From positions 12,115 to 76,114 of the forward strand of contig JAFGDO010000003.1 of assembly GCA_016932045.1 (NCBI GenBank): a DNA stretch of 64,000 nucleotides, read 5' to 3'. The notes under the pieces were generated by a model. The model had not been told where the DNA came from and did not search any database. It worked only from the letters and a program-made list of their open reading frames with translations. Positions 28,681 to 38,792 of this stretch are shown here, piece by piece (position 1 is the stretch's first letter; each line of letters starts with the position of its first letter). The DNA comes from Candidatus Dojkabacteria bacterium. Its GTDB lineage: Bacteria; Patescibacteriota; Dojkabacteria; JAHIVN01. The translations under genes were made by a program, and so were the position numbers.

Positions 28681-29796
28681 TTAGAGAAATATCTCACCAA
28701 TTCCAAGTATATCTAACCCTATGAAATTTAGCAAAATCGGTATCATAGCACCAAAAATGACTGCAGCGATAGCACTCACCGCAATACTCTTACCTTCCTT
28801 TATCTTTTCGGGATCATCGGTATTTAACATAATTCCCGCTTGAATGAATCGCACAACAGCTAGTGCTGTTACAACACCGACAAAGATTCTCATAACTGCT
28901 ATGATGATTCCTTTTTCCGATGAATTTATACAGCCCAGCTCTGTCCAAATATTTCCATCTGCCATTTCTACATTACATACTGATGCTTCTCCTCCATCAG
29001 CACTACAAGCACAAGTTGGATTTTCCCCTTTCCAACTACATACGCACAAACAACATGCCTCATTCATTTCTCCATCTTCACCTCTGCAAACTTCTTCACA
29101 TGTTAGAGTCGAAGGAAGCTCACTGCCCCCTGGGCCTGGACTTGGTCCTGGTGGAGTTGGATCGGAATCCTGCCAGCCACTGCTTCCACACCACCATTCT
29201 GCTCCAGCTGGAGCAGGACAGGTAGGAACATCAGTAATTCTCATGCTCTCTCCCTGACTAAAGCAAGAATTAACCCAAGGCCATATAAATCCTGTTCCAG
29301 GACAACAATCATTTGCCCCCCACTGACATCCTGCCATACATTTATTAGTACCAGCACATGTTAAAAAATCATCCTTAAGTATATCGGCAATATCAGAATT
29401 GTCTAGGGTTTCCTTTACTGCTCCACCTGCCGCCGTACAATAAAGTCCATAAGTGCATGCTCTATCATTTTTATAAAAATATGTCCTTGCCTCACTTACG
29501 TCATCATCGCTGCATTCACCAGGATTCATCTCCTTTATTTTCTCTGCTATTGCTGATCTTTTTGTCCCCCTAGATTCTGCACAACAATCGTCATTCCCCG
29601 AGACATCCGTATGTTCGTAACCATCATCACATCCCCATATGGCATCCGTTTTTGCATAAACAATATTCATTGCACCAATAGAGATTGATGCTATAAGAAT
29701 AATTATATACACAAGCGATCCTCTTACTATTGATCTTTTTAGATTATGAAGTATACGCATAAAATAAACAATTAGAACCCTTAGAAAAATTAACAA
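28681..29796 (-). CDS. large cysteine-rich ectodomain (about 27 Cys) fused to VirB2/TrbC-like pilin module
   Basis: N-terminal TM/signal, then a roughly 250-aa Cys-rich region (CCAESRG, CAGTNKCMAGCQWGANDCCPG, CCLCVCSWKGENPTCAC). Pilin module TM1 - NTDDPEKIKEGK - TM2. Confidence 0.55.
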   Translation of the reverse strand: MLIFLRVLIVYFMRILHNLKRSIVRGSLVYIIILIASISIGAMNIVYAKTDAIWGCDDGYEHTDVSGNDDCCAESRGTKRSAIAEKIKEMNPGECSDDDVSEARTYFYKNDRACTYGLYCTAAGGAVKETLDNSDIADILKDDFLTCAGTNKCMAGCQWGANDCCPGTGFIWPWVNSCFSQGESMRITDVPTCPAPAGAEWWCGSSGWQDSDPTPPGPSPGPGGSELPSTLTCEEVCRGEDGEMNEACCLCVCSWKGENPTCACSADGGEASVCNVEMADGNIWTELGCINSSEKGIIIAVMRIFVGVVTALAVVRFIQAGIMLNTDDPEKIKEGKSIAVSAIAAVIFGAMIPILLNFIGLDILGIGEIFL

Positions 29797-29809
29797 TTCC
29801 GTATCTTTT

Positions 29810-32383
29810 TTACAGATTTACATTATCCCCAGACCTCACCTCACCCCTAACTATCATCTCCGCAACCTTATTCTCAACCTGCTCCTGTACTACTCTTCTC
29901 ATTTCTCTTGCACCGAATACTGGATTATAGCCTAAATGAGCAAGTCTTTCTAGTAGTGCATCACTGTAGTTCAGTTTAATACCTTTATCCAAAAGTTTCA
30001 AGCGAACCTGCTCTACAAACTTCTTTGCAATCAGCTTAACATCCTCACGGGAAAGCGGCTTAAACATAATTATTTTATCGAAACGGTTTAAGAATTCTAT
30101 CCTAAATACTCTTTTTAATTCCTCCAAAGCCTGAGTTCTGACTTCTTCATATACTTTGTCTTGCTCAATAAGATCTGCAATCAATTTTGATCCGGCATTT
30201 GACGTTGCAATAATTATAGTATTTGAAAAATCTATCCTGCGTCCTAATCCGTCATCAAGATACCCTTCGTCCAAAACCTGCAGGAACAGATCCAGCACCT
30301 TTGGGTTTGCTTTGTCTATCTCATCAAGAAGAACTAGTGAAAAAGGATTGTCATAAACCGGTTCAGTTAAGAATCCTCCCTCAAACGATCCCTGCTCCGA
30401 AGTATAGCCAATTAATCTTTTCAAATTTTCCTCCTCATGATACTCGCTCATATCAAGCCTCACCATCCTCTTTTCGCTCCCGTAATAAACTTCTGCAACC
30501 GTTTTAGCTACCTCTGTCTTTCCAACACCTGTTGGTCCAAAAAACAAAAATGAAGCAATTGGTTTGCCAGCTTGTCCAAGCCCGCTTCTTGCTCGACGTA
30601 ATGCCCCACATACAGCATCAATTGCTTCGTTCTGGTCAATCACTCTCTTGTGCATTTCACCCTCAAGCTTAGCTAGTTTTTCCGTCTCACTCTCTTTGAT
30701 CGACCCCAGCTCTACCCCAACTTTTGAAGAAACTATCTTCGCAACCTCATCATACTCAATCGGCTTTTTACCTTTCAAATTTTTGAAATTAACAACAGTT
30801 TCCTTAAGCAGATTTATAGCTTTATCCGGAAGTACCCTGTCATATGCGAATTTATGTGAAAGCTCAATTGAAGCTTTAACACCTGAATATGCAATTTTTA
30901 TGTTGTACTCATTTTCAATCGTTGGAACCTCATCAATGACAATTTGAGTAGCCACTTCATCAGTAGGTATATTCATCTCTACTTCTGAGAATATACTTGC
31001 TAGCGCTTTATGAGGTCGGATGAATCTTGTAAACTGCCCTTTATCGCTTGTTACTATCATCCTAAAGTTGTGAGCATCATAAGCATTGACAATGATATTT
31101 ACGATCTCCCCGGTTATTTCTCTTCGCAAATTTAAAAGTTGATCAAAATTATCAAGTACAAGAATAACATTCTTTGATTGTGCTACCTCCTCAAATACTT
31201 TCTGCAATTTCTTCTTAAACGAATCTACGTTTTTTGAAGTTGAAAAGGCTTTGTTAAAATCGAAGCCGATAAGCCTCATATCTTGAAGCTTCGGAGGTAT
31301 ATCTTCTACTACCATCCTAACAGCAAGGCTTTTAATCAAAGTTGTTTTACCAACCCCAGGTTCTCCAAGAACTAGAACTCCACTCTTTTCTCCTTTTTCA
31401 AGCAGAGCAATAAGTTGATTTAATTCGTTCTCGCGGGCAAGTGACACTACAAATTCACCTTGAATAACAGCGTTAGTAAAATCGCGACAATAGGAGTTCA
31501 ACATAGGAGTAAAACGAGAAGTATATGCCCTGTTAACAGTCGTCTTCGGCTTGATGCTCACCTTATCTTTCCATACCTCCACATACCTTTGTTTCAATGC
31601 CTCGTTTTGCAACCAGAGTTTTATACCATCAAAGTCCTTGGAGATGATATTGAACCTCTGAAGATATTCTAAAAAAAACTTTTGAAGGATAACAAAAGTG
31701 AAGCTCTCCTCCCCTGCGTATTTAAAATTATTCTCAAAGGCAAATGAAAACGAGTCGGCAATAAGATCTCTTAGAACTTCAACTTTACCTTTACCGACCG
31801 TTGCTTGAGAAAGTAATCCCAGATCAAAATTCTCAAATGATAAACCAAGACGCTCAATTAGAATACGGGCCCTATTCAGCTTCAAAAGCTTCACAAATAA
31901 CTCTTGCAAATAGTCATTCTTGGGAATATTAAATATATAGTCAAGGAGCCAGACAGTATGATGATTTAAGTAGTCGGTTACTTCGATAGTAAGGTTAGTC
32001 CTGCCTCGCTCAAGATCCTTTCTCAATTTATGTAAATTCTTCACCCGAGCCTTATCAAGAAAAACTCCCCGGTCCCTTAAAAAATAAAGCGAATATAGAA
32101 AAATACAAACAAATATCCAAAAGGCAAGACCTGTAGCTCCTTCAACATTAACTATCCTTTGAAAGTAGTAGCCCTTTGTAACCTCGTAGACTATTATCCC
32201 GACTTCTGTAACAAAAACCAGCCAAAAAAGAATTCTCCCCAATACCACCTGGAAAACATTTTCAATCTTCCTTACCCCTTTACCATCTCGCAAATACCGC
32301 CAATCAACGGTAAATTTTACATCATTTAACTCGGGAATATTTATTCTCAATATCTCAGAATCATTCATAAATCGATATAGCAC
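29810..32383 (-). CDS. membrane-anchored ClpA/ClpB-family double AAA+ ATPase (Hsp100-like)
   Basis: Two N-terminal TM helices replace the Clp N-domain. D1 has Walker A GEPGVGKT but DNFD in place of the DE Walker B. D2 has GPTGVGKTE, Walker B LVLLDEID, sensor IIIATSNAG, GAREMRR. Confidence 0.7.
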   Translation of the reverse strand: MLYRFMNDSEILRINIPELNDVKFTVDWRYLRDGKGVRKIENVFQVVLGRILFWLVFVTEVGIIVYEVTKGYYFQRIVNVEGATGLAFWIFVCIFLYSLYFLRDRGVFLDKARVKNLHKLRKDLERGRTNLTIEVTDYLNHHTVWLLDYIFNIPKNDYLQELFVKLLKLNRARILIERLGLSFENFDLGLLSQATVGKGKVEVLRDLIADSFSFAFENNFKYAGEESFTFVILQKFFLEYLQRFNIISKDFDGIKLWLQNEALKQRYVEVWKDKVSIKPKTTVNRAYTSRFTPMLNSYCRDFTNAVIQGEFVVSLARENELNQLIALLEKGEKSGVLVLGEPGVGKTTLIKSLAVRMVVEDIPPKLQDMRLIGFDFNKAFSTSKNVDSFKKKLQKVFEEVAQSKNVILVLDNFDQLLNLRREITGEIVNIIVNAYDAHNFRMIVTSDKGQFTRFIRPHKALASIFSEVEMNIPTDEVATQIVIDEVPTIENEYNIKIAYSGVKASIELSHKFAYDRVLPDKAINLLKETVVNFKNLKGKKPIEYDEVAKIVSSKVGVELGSIKESETEKLAKLEGEMHKRVIDQNEAIDAVCGALRRARSGLGQAGKPIASFLFFGPTGVGKTEVAKTVAEVYYGSEKRMVRLDMSEYHEEENLKRLIGYTSEQGSFEGGFLTEPVYDNPFSLVLLDEIDKANPKVLDLFLQVLDEGYLDDGLGRRIDFSNTIIIATSNAGSKLIADLIEQDKVYEEVRTQALEELKRVFRIEFLNRFDKIIMFKPLSREDVKLIAKKFVEQVRLKLLDKGIKLNYSDALLERLAHLGYNPVFGAREMRRVVQEQVENKVAEMIVRGEVRSGDNVNL

Positions 32384-32440
32384 TAAAAAGTATCACAAAG
32401 AATAAATTCTATTTAATAACTGAGCACCTAAACCTTCACT

Positions 32441-32818
32441 CTAAATAAAAAATCTCACTATCTGAACAAGACACAAAGGCGGAAGAATAACCCAAATAAA
32501 AACAACCGAGATTAGCGGAATAGTAATAAGGATCTGTATAAGTGACCCGCCAAACACCCAAACCACTCGAAAAAATAGACTGATAATTCTCCCACTTATA
32601 CTGGCGTCCTGATACATAGGAACAAATAGATTTGCGAGCATAGGCAGAATATTTAAAGTAGCAAGAGAAAGACTCCAGAATGAGTAGGTCATCTGTAAGC
32701 AAGCACGTAACTGAGCACCGTACCACCAGATCCAGAAGTTAAGGAAGTATTTCTTTAGCATGTCTTGAAAGATAATAGTCTCTTGAATTCTATCAGAAGG
32801 ATTATAAGAGGTAAACAA
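32441..32818 (-). CDS. small integral membrane protein
   Basis: 125-aa ORF with three predicted hydrophobic helices, upstream of and co-oriented with the Clp-like gene. Confidence 0.35.
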   Translation of the reverse strand: MFTSYNPSDRIQETIIFQDMLKKYFLNFWIWWYGAQLRACLQMTYSFWSLSLATLNILPMLANLFVPMYQDASISGRIISLFFRVVWVFGGSLIQILITIPLISVVFIWVILPPLCLVQIVRFFI

Positions 32819-32947
32819 GTTAAGCTTTCGATAATACCTAATCTTTTTCGTTCAAGGTCTTGCGCTAAGCTAAGCACAGTCGTAAATCCGAAGTGTTTCA
32901 AGGAATTTTAATCCTTAGTAAAATCAAAAAACTAAAATTTCTAAACG

Positions 32948-32978
32948 ATAAAAAAGGGTGGGATAAATCCCACCCTTT
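32948..32978 (-). terminator. rho-independent terminator downstream of groEL
   Basis: The minus strand reads GGGUGGGA-UUUA-UCCCACCC followed by UUUUUAU: a perfect 8-bp GC-rich stem plus U-tract about 80 nt after the groEL stop. Confidence 0.8.
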
Positions 32979-33055
32979 CCATCTGCCTAAATCTGTTTTA
33001 ATTTTCTCCTATCTGTTTACCCTGAGCGAAGTCAAAGGATTTAGATCTATTTTCT

Positions 33056-34702
<1,647 letters not shown>

Positions 34703-34794
34703 TTAAATATTTTAAAAAATAAAATTGCGATCTAGATGATCTACCTGATCTAGACGATCTTCAATCTTTTTAATCGTCTTAATCGTTTCGATCG

Positions 34795-35097
34795 TTACTT
34801 AATCACTGCCAAGATATCTTCCTCGCTCATTATTAAATACTCCTTATCATCAATCTCCAACTCGTCTGGCGAATACTTCTTAAAGATAATAATGTCACCG
34901 ACCTTAACATTAAAAGGAACTTTTTTGCCATCATCTGTAACCTTACCCGTTCCCGTGGCAATAATTTTGCCTTTTTGTGGTTTTTCTTTATCAACTGTAT
35001 CTGGAAGCACAATACCAGATGCTGTTTTTGTCTCTTCTGAAACAGGCTCAACAAGGATATTACCTCCGAGTGGTTGAACTTTAGTCTTTGCAGCCAT
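34795..35097 (-). CDS. groS: co-chaperonin GroES
   Basis: MAAKTKVQPLGGNILVEPVSEE... About 100 aa. Start set at the ATG at 35097; the table ORF begins at an upstream TTG. Confidence 0.9.
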   Translation of the reverse strand: MAAKTKVQPLGGNILVEPVSEETKTASGIVLPDTVDKEKPQKGKIIATGTGKVTDDGKKVPFNVKVGDIIIFKKYSPDELEIDDKEYLIMSEEDILAVIK

Positions 35098-35143
35098 AGA
35101 ATGATAAACTAACAATTTAAATTAAAGCAATACCTGGAATATT

Positions 35144-35170
35144 TTAGCAGTTTAGATTATTAATTGCTAA
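35144..35170. promoter_or_regulatory. CIRCE-like inverted repeat (possible HrcA operator) upstream of groES
   Basis: TTAGCAGTT-N9-AATTGCTAA: 27 nt with 9-nt arms 8/9 self-complementary. Matches the consensus TTAGCACTC-N9-GAGTGCTAA at 6/9 per arm. Lies about 45 nt upstream of the groES start. Confidence 0.5.
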
Positions 35171-35499
35171 CGGGATGAATTTTAGCGAAGAGCTCATTTG
35201 ATGTCAAGAGCTATTAAATCCCAATTCTCAATCTACAATCTTTCTCATCCTGCCTGCGGCGAGCTAAGGCGAGTCGAGCCTGCTTGCAATGAGTTTGCCG
35301 AATTGCCGAAGGACAATTTTTCAATTAATAATTAAAAATGAAGACCTAACAATGAAACAATGTAGCAATGTAACAGCCGATTTATTCACTGATTTACCGA
35401 TTCGCTGTTTGACTGCTAACTATGCAACTATGTAATTATGTAGCTATGCAGCAATATAGCATTTAATCATTGGAAATTTCTGACTTGGAAGAAGCCTAC

Positions 35500-37389
35500 T
35501 TATGCCTTCTCCACAACTACTTCTATCCTATTCACCGAGCTAGGAAAATGCTTCAGGAATGATGGTAGCCAAGTAGGTGAAAGTTCTATCTCGTAACTTT
35601 TAATTTCATTTACACCATTCAAGTACTCTTCTGCACTTCCTCTATTCTTTCCCTTGATATTTACCTTTACATCATCTTCGTTAACACTTGGAGTGACAAC
35701 TCCAGTTATAGAAAGGGTAATATAGATCTGATTCCCTTCAGTTCTTAAGACTTGTGACTTGTACTCAAATTCTTCAACTTCAACCTCTTGCTCATTATTC
35801 TGTTCAACAAGTACTTGCGCAAGATTATCAACATCCTCTTTTAAGAATGAAAGTGCGGTAGCTTTTACTGTGATACTCAAATTAAAAGTATCTGCTTCTG
35901 CATCAACACCTGGCGAAGCATCTTCATTTACTACTTCGTATGCTATAGTATCTTCAAGTAATTCTCTACTTGTACCAGCCTCCTGCTTTAAACTCTCAAG
36001 CAAATCCTCTTCAAGTTGCTTTACTAAAGAATCCTTAAGAGTGTCATAATCCTGCTGAGATACAACCTTTTTCTTCACAGTGGTTCCGCCAGTAATATTG
36101 TTGAAATTCTTACCGTATAAATTCTCAACATCATAACCTTGCACTCTAAACTCTTTTTTCCCTGAAACATTGTATTCCTCTCCGAAACTATCTGCTACAA
36201 CACCAACATCAATATTACCAATCAGCCCTGGACTCTCGGGATCATCGTCGGGCTTTTTGGCGGGAACAACAACCTCGCCAGCAGTTTTATATTTAAGACC
36301 GCTTTCAACTGATTCAAGGGTAGTCCCAGCAACTACTCTCACATCGCTTTCGGTCATATTGAAGAGGGTTACCTGTCCACTAGCCTTTTCTCCTGTCTCC
36401 TTCTCTCCTGTTGCATCAGCGCTTTCCGATCTATCCTTTGATGATTCTATCATCTTTGCAGGAATCGTTAATGCCTCGATATCAAGTGTAGTAACAGCAG
36501 TATCAGCAACTACTTGTTCCTCAAGCTCTATATCCTTGCTTTCCACTTTTATAATAACCCTACCTCTAGGAAAAACAAAATATGATAGTATAAAAAACAA
36601 AAGAAGAACTACACCCACCCCAATAAATATCTTGGGCTTATTCCCTCCTGAAGTGAAAAACTTCTTCACATTATCAATAGCGCCTGTAAAACTTTCACTA
36701 AGACTAAACCCCCTCTTGTCTTCCCTTACCTCTTTCTTCTTCTTTGGCGCCCGTGACATATAGCTATAAGTACTTAAATCCTTACCAACAAGACCAGCCC
36801 TTTCCTTTTTCTCGCTCCAGCTTAAAGTTCTCTTTTCTTCATCAACATCACCTGCTGTTTCTGATTGCCCTAATGCTTCGGTTTCTTCGTCTGTCTCAAA
36901 TTGTGCAATATCCCCCCCCGCTACCATCTCAAAACCTCCAAGATCAACCTTTTTCGGAGCTATCTTGGATTCAGTTGCTACTTCCTTCGTACTTGATGTA
37001 TCTTCACTCTCTAGGGGTTCTTTTTTCTCTTCTCTCTCGCTTATTAACTCTCTTTTTACGTTTTCTCTACCTTCAACAAATTCCTCTTTAAATCGAGATG
37101 CCTGTTCCCATTTCTCTTTGTTGATCTCACTTACTTGCTCAACAGCAACCAGTTTAGCATTCTTGGCAAGTTTCAATCCGACCTCGTCTTTCGTTACAAG
37201 AATAGCTAGTTTTCCACTCTTCGCTATCTCGGAAGAAAGAAGCTTCAGACTCACAACACTTCCAAGAAGTGCTGCCCTGTCTGGTACGATCAAGATAACC
37301 TTGCCTCCTTCAACATTTTTTATCTTTTCTGCGATGAATATAATTTCCTCATCGAGATCAACAAAAATTTTCTCTGACACTACAAACAA
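35500..37389 (-). CDS. membrane-anchored hypothetical protein (cytoplasmic N-domain, acidic linker, one TM, large extracytoplasmic domain)
   Basis: 629 aa. TM IFIGVGVVLLLFFILSYFVF at about aa 250. Twenty nt downstream of ftsA on the same strand. Confidence 0.45.
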   Translation of the reverse strand: MFVVSEKIFVDLDEEIIFIAEKIKNVEGGKVILIVPDRAALLGSVVSLKLLSSEIAKSGKLAILVTKDEVGLKLAKNAKLVAVEQVSEINKEKWEQASRFKEEFVEGRENVKRELISEREEKKEPLESEDTSSTKEVATESKIAPKKVDLGGFEMVAGGDIAQFETDEETEALGQSETAGDVDEEKRTLSWSEKKERAGLVGKDLSTYSYMSRAPKKKKEVREDKRGFSLSESFTGAIDNVKKFFTSGGNKPKIFIGVGVVLLLFFILSYFVFPRGRVIIKVESKDIELEEQVVADTAVTTLDIEALTIPAKMIESSKDRSESADATGEKETGEKASGQVTLFNMTESDVRVVAGTTLESVESGLKYKTAGEVVVPAKKPDDDPESPGLIGNIDVGVVADSFGEEYNVSGKKEFRVQGYDVENLYGKNFNNITGGTTVKKKVVSQQDYDTLKDSLVKQLEEDLLESLKQEAGTSRELLEDTIAYEVVNEDASPGVDAEADTFNLSITVKATALSFLKEDVDNLAQVLVEQNNEQEVEVEEFEYKSQVLRTEGNQIYITLSITGVVTPSVNEDDVKVNIKGKNRGSAEEYLNGVNEIKSYEIELSPTWLPSFLKHFPSSVNRIEVVVEKA

Positions 37390-37409
37390 AAATGAAAATT
37401 AAAATAAGT

Positions 37410-38645
37410 CTAGACTTTGAGCATCTCATTTTGGTTCTTAAGCTCCAAAGCCATATACGCCAACGCTGCTGGAGCGACATCCTGCACATCTCGCAAAAGA
37501 TTATTTTCATCGATAATTCCTTTTAAGTCAGACGGATTTATAAAGTCAATATCAGGGAACTTATCAAACCTCAGGGTCTGCAGCCACGGATGCTCCGAAA
37601 GACTTGTTTTGATCTCTCCTAGTAATGCACCACCTCCGCACAAAAGAAATTTAGAGGGGTATATATTTACATCTTCAAATTCTGCCAAAGCTAGCTCAAC
37701 CCCATCGACCCATACTTTTGAATCTTGAGCAAACACCTGCTTTATCTCTTTACTCTGTTTTTCTGATAATTCTCTTTCACTGTATTGTATTTTTAACTGT
37801 TCTGCCTCCTTGAAACTGGTTTCTAAGTGCCTTTCAAGCCGTTTGGTAAATACCTTCCCCCCAAAAGCCATCATCTTTGTACCCATGATGCCTCCTTTTT
37901 GAACAACTGCTATATCCGTTGTACCTCCCCCAATATCTATAAAAACAGCATTAAAATCATCCTTTGCAGCACCTTCAAATGCACGAGTAACTGCATATGG
38001 TTCAACAATAATGTCGAGGATCTCAAACCCCAATGCCTGAGCAATAGTTTTTAGGGAATTAACATGGATCGACGGAGCAAATGTTGAGAAAACCCTGAAT
38101 ACTACATTCTTCCCTTGGAATTCCAGAGGATTGGTAACTCGAAATCCATCTATAAAAGTGTCGTTTACAACCGAACTTATCTCTTCTACCTGTTCTTCAA
38201 GAAGCCCTGTTTCTCCGGCAATCTCAGCCTTTACATTTGAAAAAGCTCTTCCCCTGACCTTCCCGACTACCTCTTCTATTTCCTTTCTGGAAATTTTCGA
38301 ATCTGGATCTTCACGCTCATACTTTGCCATGATAGTCACGCCCTTTACAAGCTCTCCGGCGATACCCATGATTACTCTACTTGGAAGTTCATCTTCCAAA
38401 TCTCTTACTGCCTCACCAATTGCCAGGTCGCAGTTTTCTATGACATTCTGAAGATTTATGATCATCGCCCCTTTCATGGCATCACTCTGTTGGCTAGCTT
38501 TACCGTACCCCAAGATACGAACCTTGTTTTTTATAACTTTGAAGACACACGTCTTCACAAATGAAGTCCCCACATCAAGTGCCAGAAGAGTTTCATCTTC
38601 AATAGCTGGTGACTTTTGTTTTTTCGAAAAACCTGGAAATTTCAT
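37410..38645 (-). CDS. ftsA: cell-division protein FtsA (actin-like ATPase)
   Basis: LLALDVGTSFVKTCVF and FIDIGGGTTDIAVVQKGGIMGTKMMAFGG align with FtsA phosphate-binding motifs. 411 aa. Confidence 0.7.
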   Translation of the reverse strand: MKFPGFSKKQKSPAIEDETLLALDVGTSFVKTCVFKVIKNKVRILGYGKASQQSDAMKGAMIINLQNVIENCDLAIGEAVRDLEDELPSRVIMGIAGELVKGVTIMAKYEREDPDSKISRKEIEEVVGKVRGRAFSNVKAEIAGETGLLEEQVEEISSVVNDTFIDGFRVTNPLEFQGKNVVFRVFSTFAPSIHVNSLKTIAQALGFEILDIIVEPYAVTRAFEGAAKDDFNAVFIDIGGGTTDIAVVQKGGIMGTKMMAFGGKVFTKRLERHLETSFKEAEQLKIQYSERELSEKQSKEIKQVFAQDSKVWVDGVELALAEFEDVNIYPSKFLLCGGGALLGEIKTSLSEHPWLQTLRFDKFPDIDFINPSDLKGIIDENNLLRDVQDVAPAALAYMALELKNQNEMLKV

Positions 38646-38792
38646 GAGTAAGTATCTTTTTTAATGTCTTTTTTATATATTAACAGGTTGAATAAGAAAA
38701 ATAAACCTTCTTCGGAGTTTCAGACTTCCGGCTTACTGGGATAAAAAGAGTCTAACGATGATAAACCCTCCACTAAACTTGAGTAATTACAA

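Noticed and set aside
13774-32818. Integrative conjugative element hypothesis (tRNA-Ile then T4SS locus, with a tyrosine recombinase nearby)
   Set aside because: The recombinase lies on the wrong side of the tRNA and outside the putative element. There is no direct repeat of the tRNA 3' end at the distal boundary and no relaxase. Housekeeping smpB sits inside the region. This is more likely a chromosomal T4SS-like apparatus.
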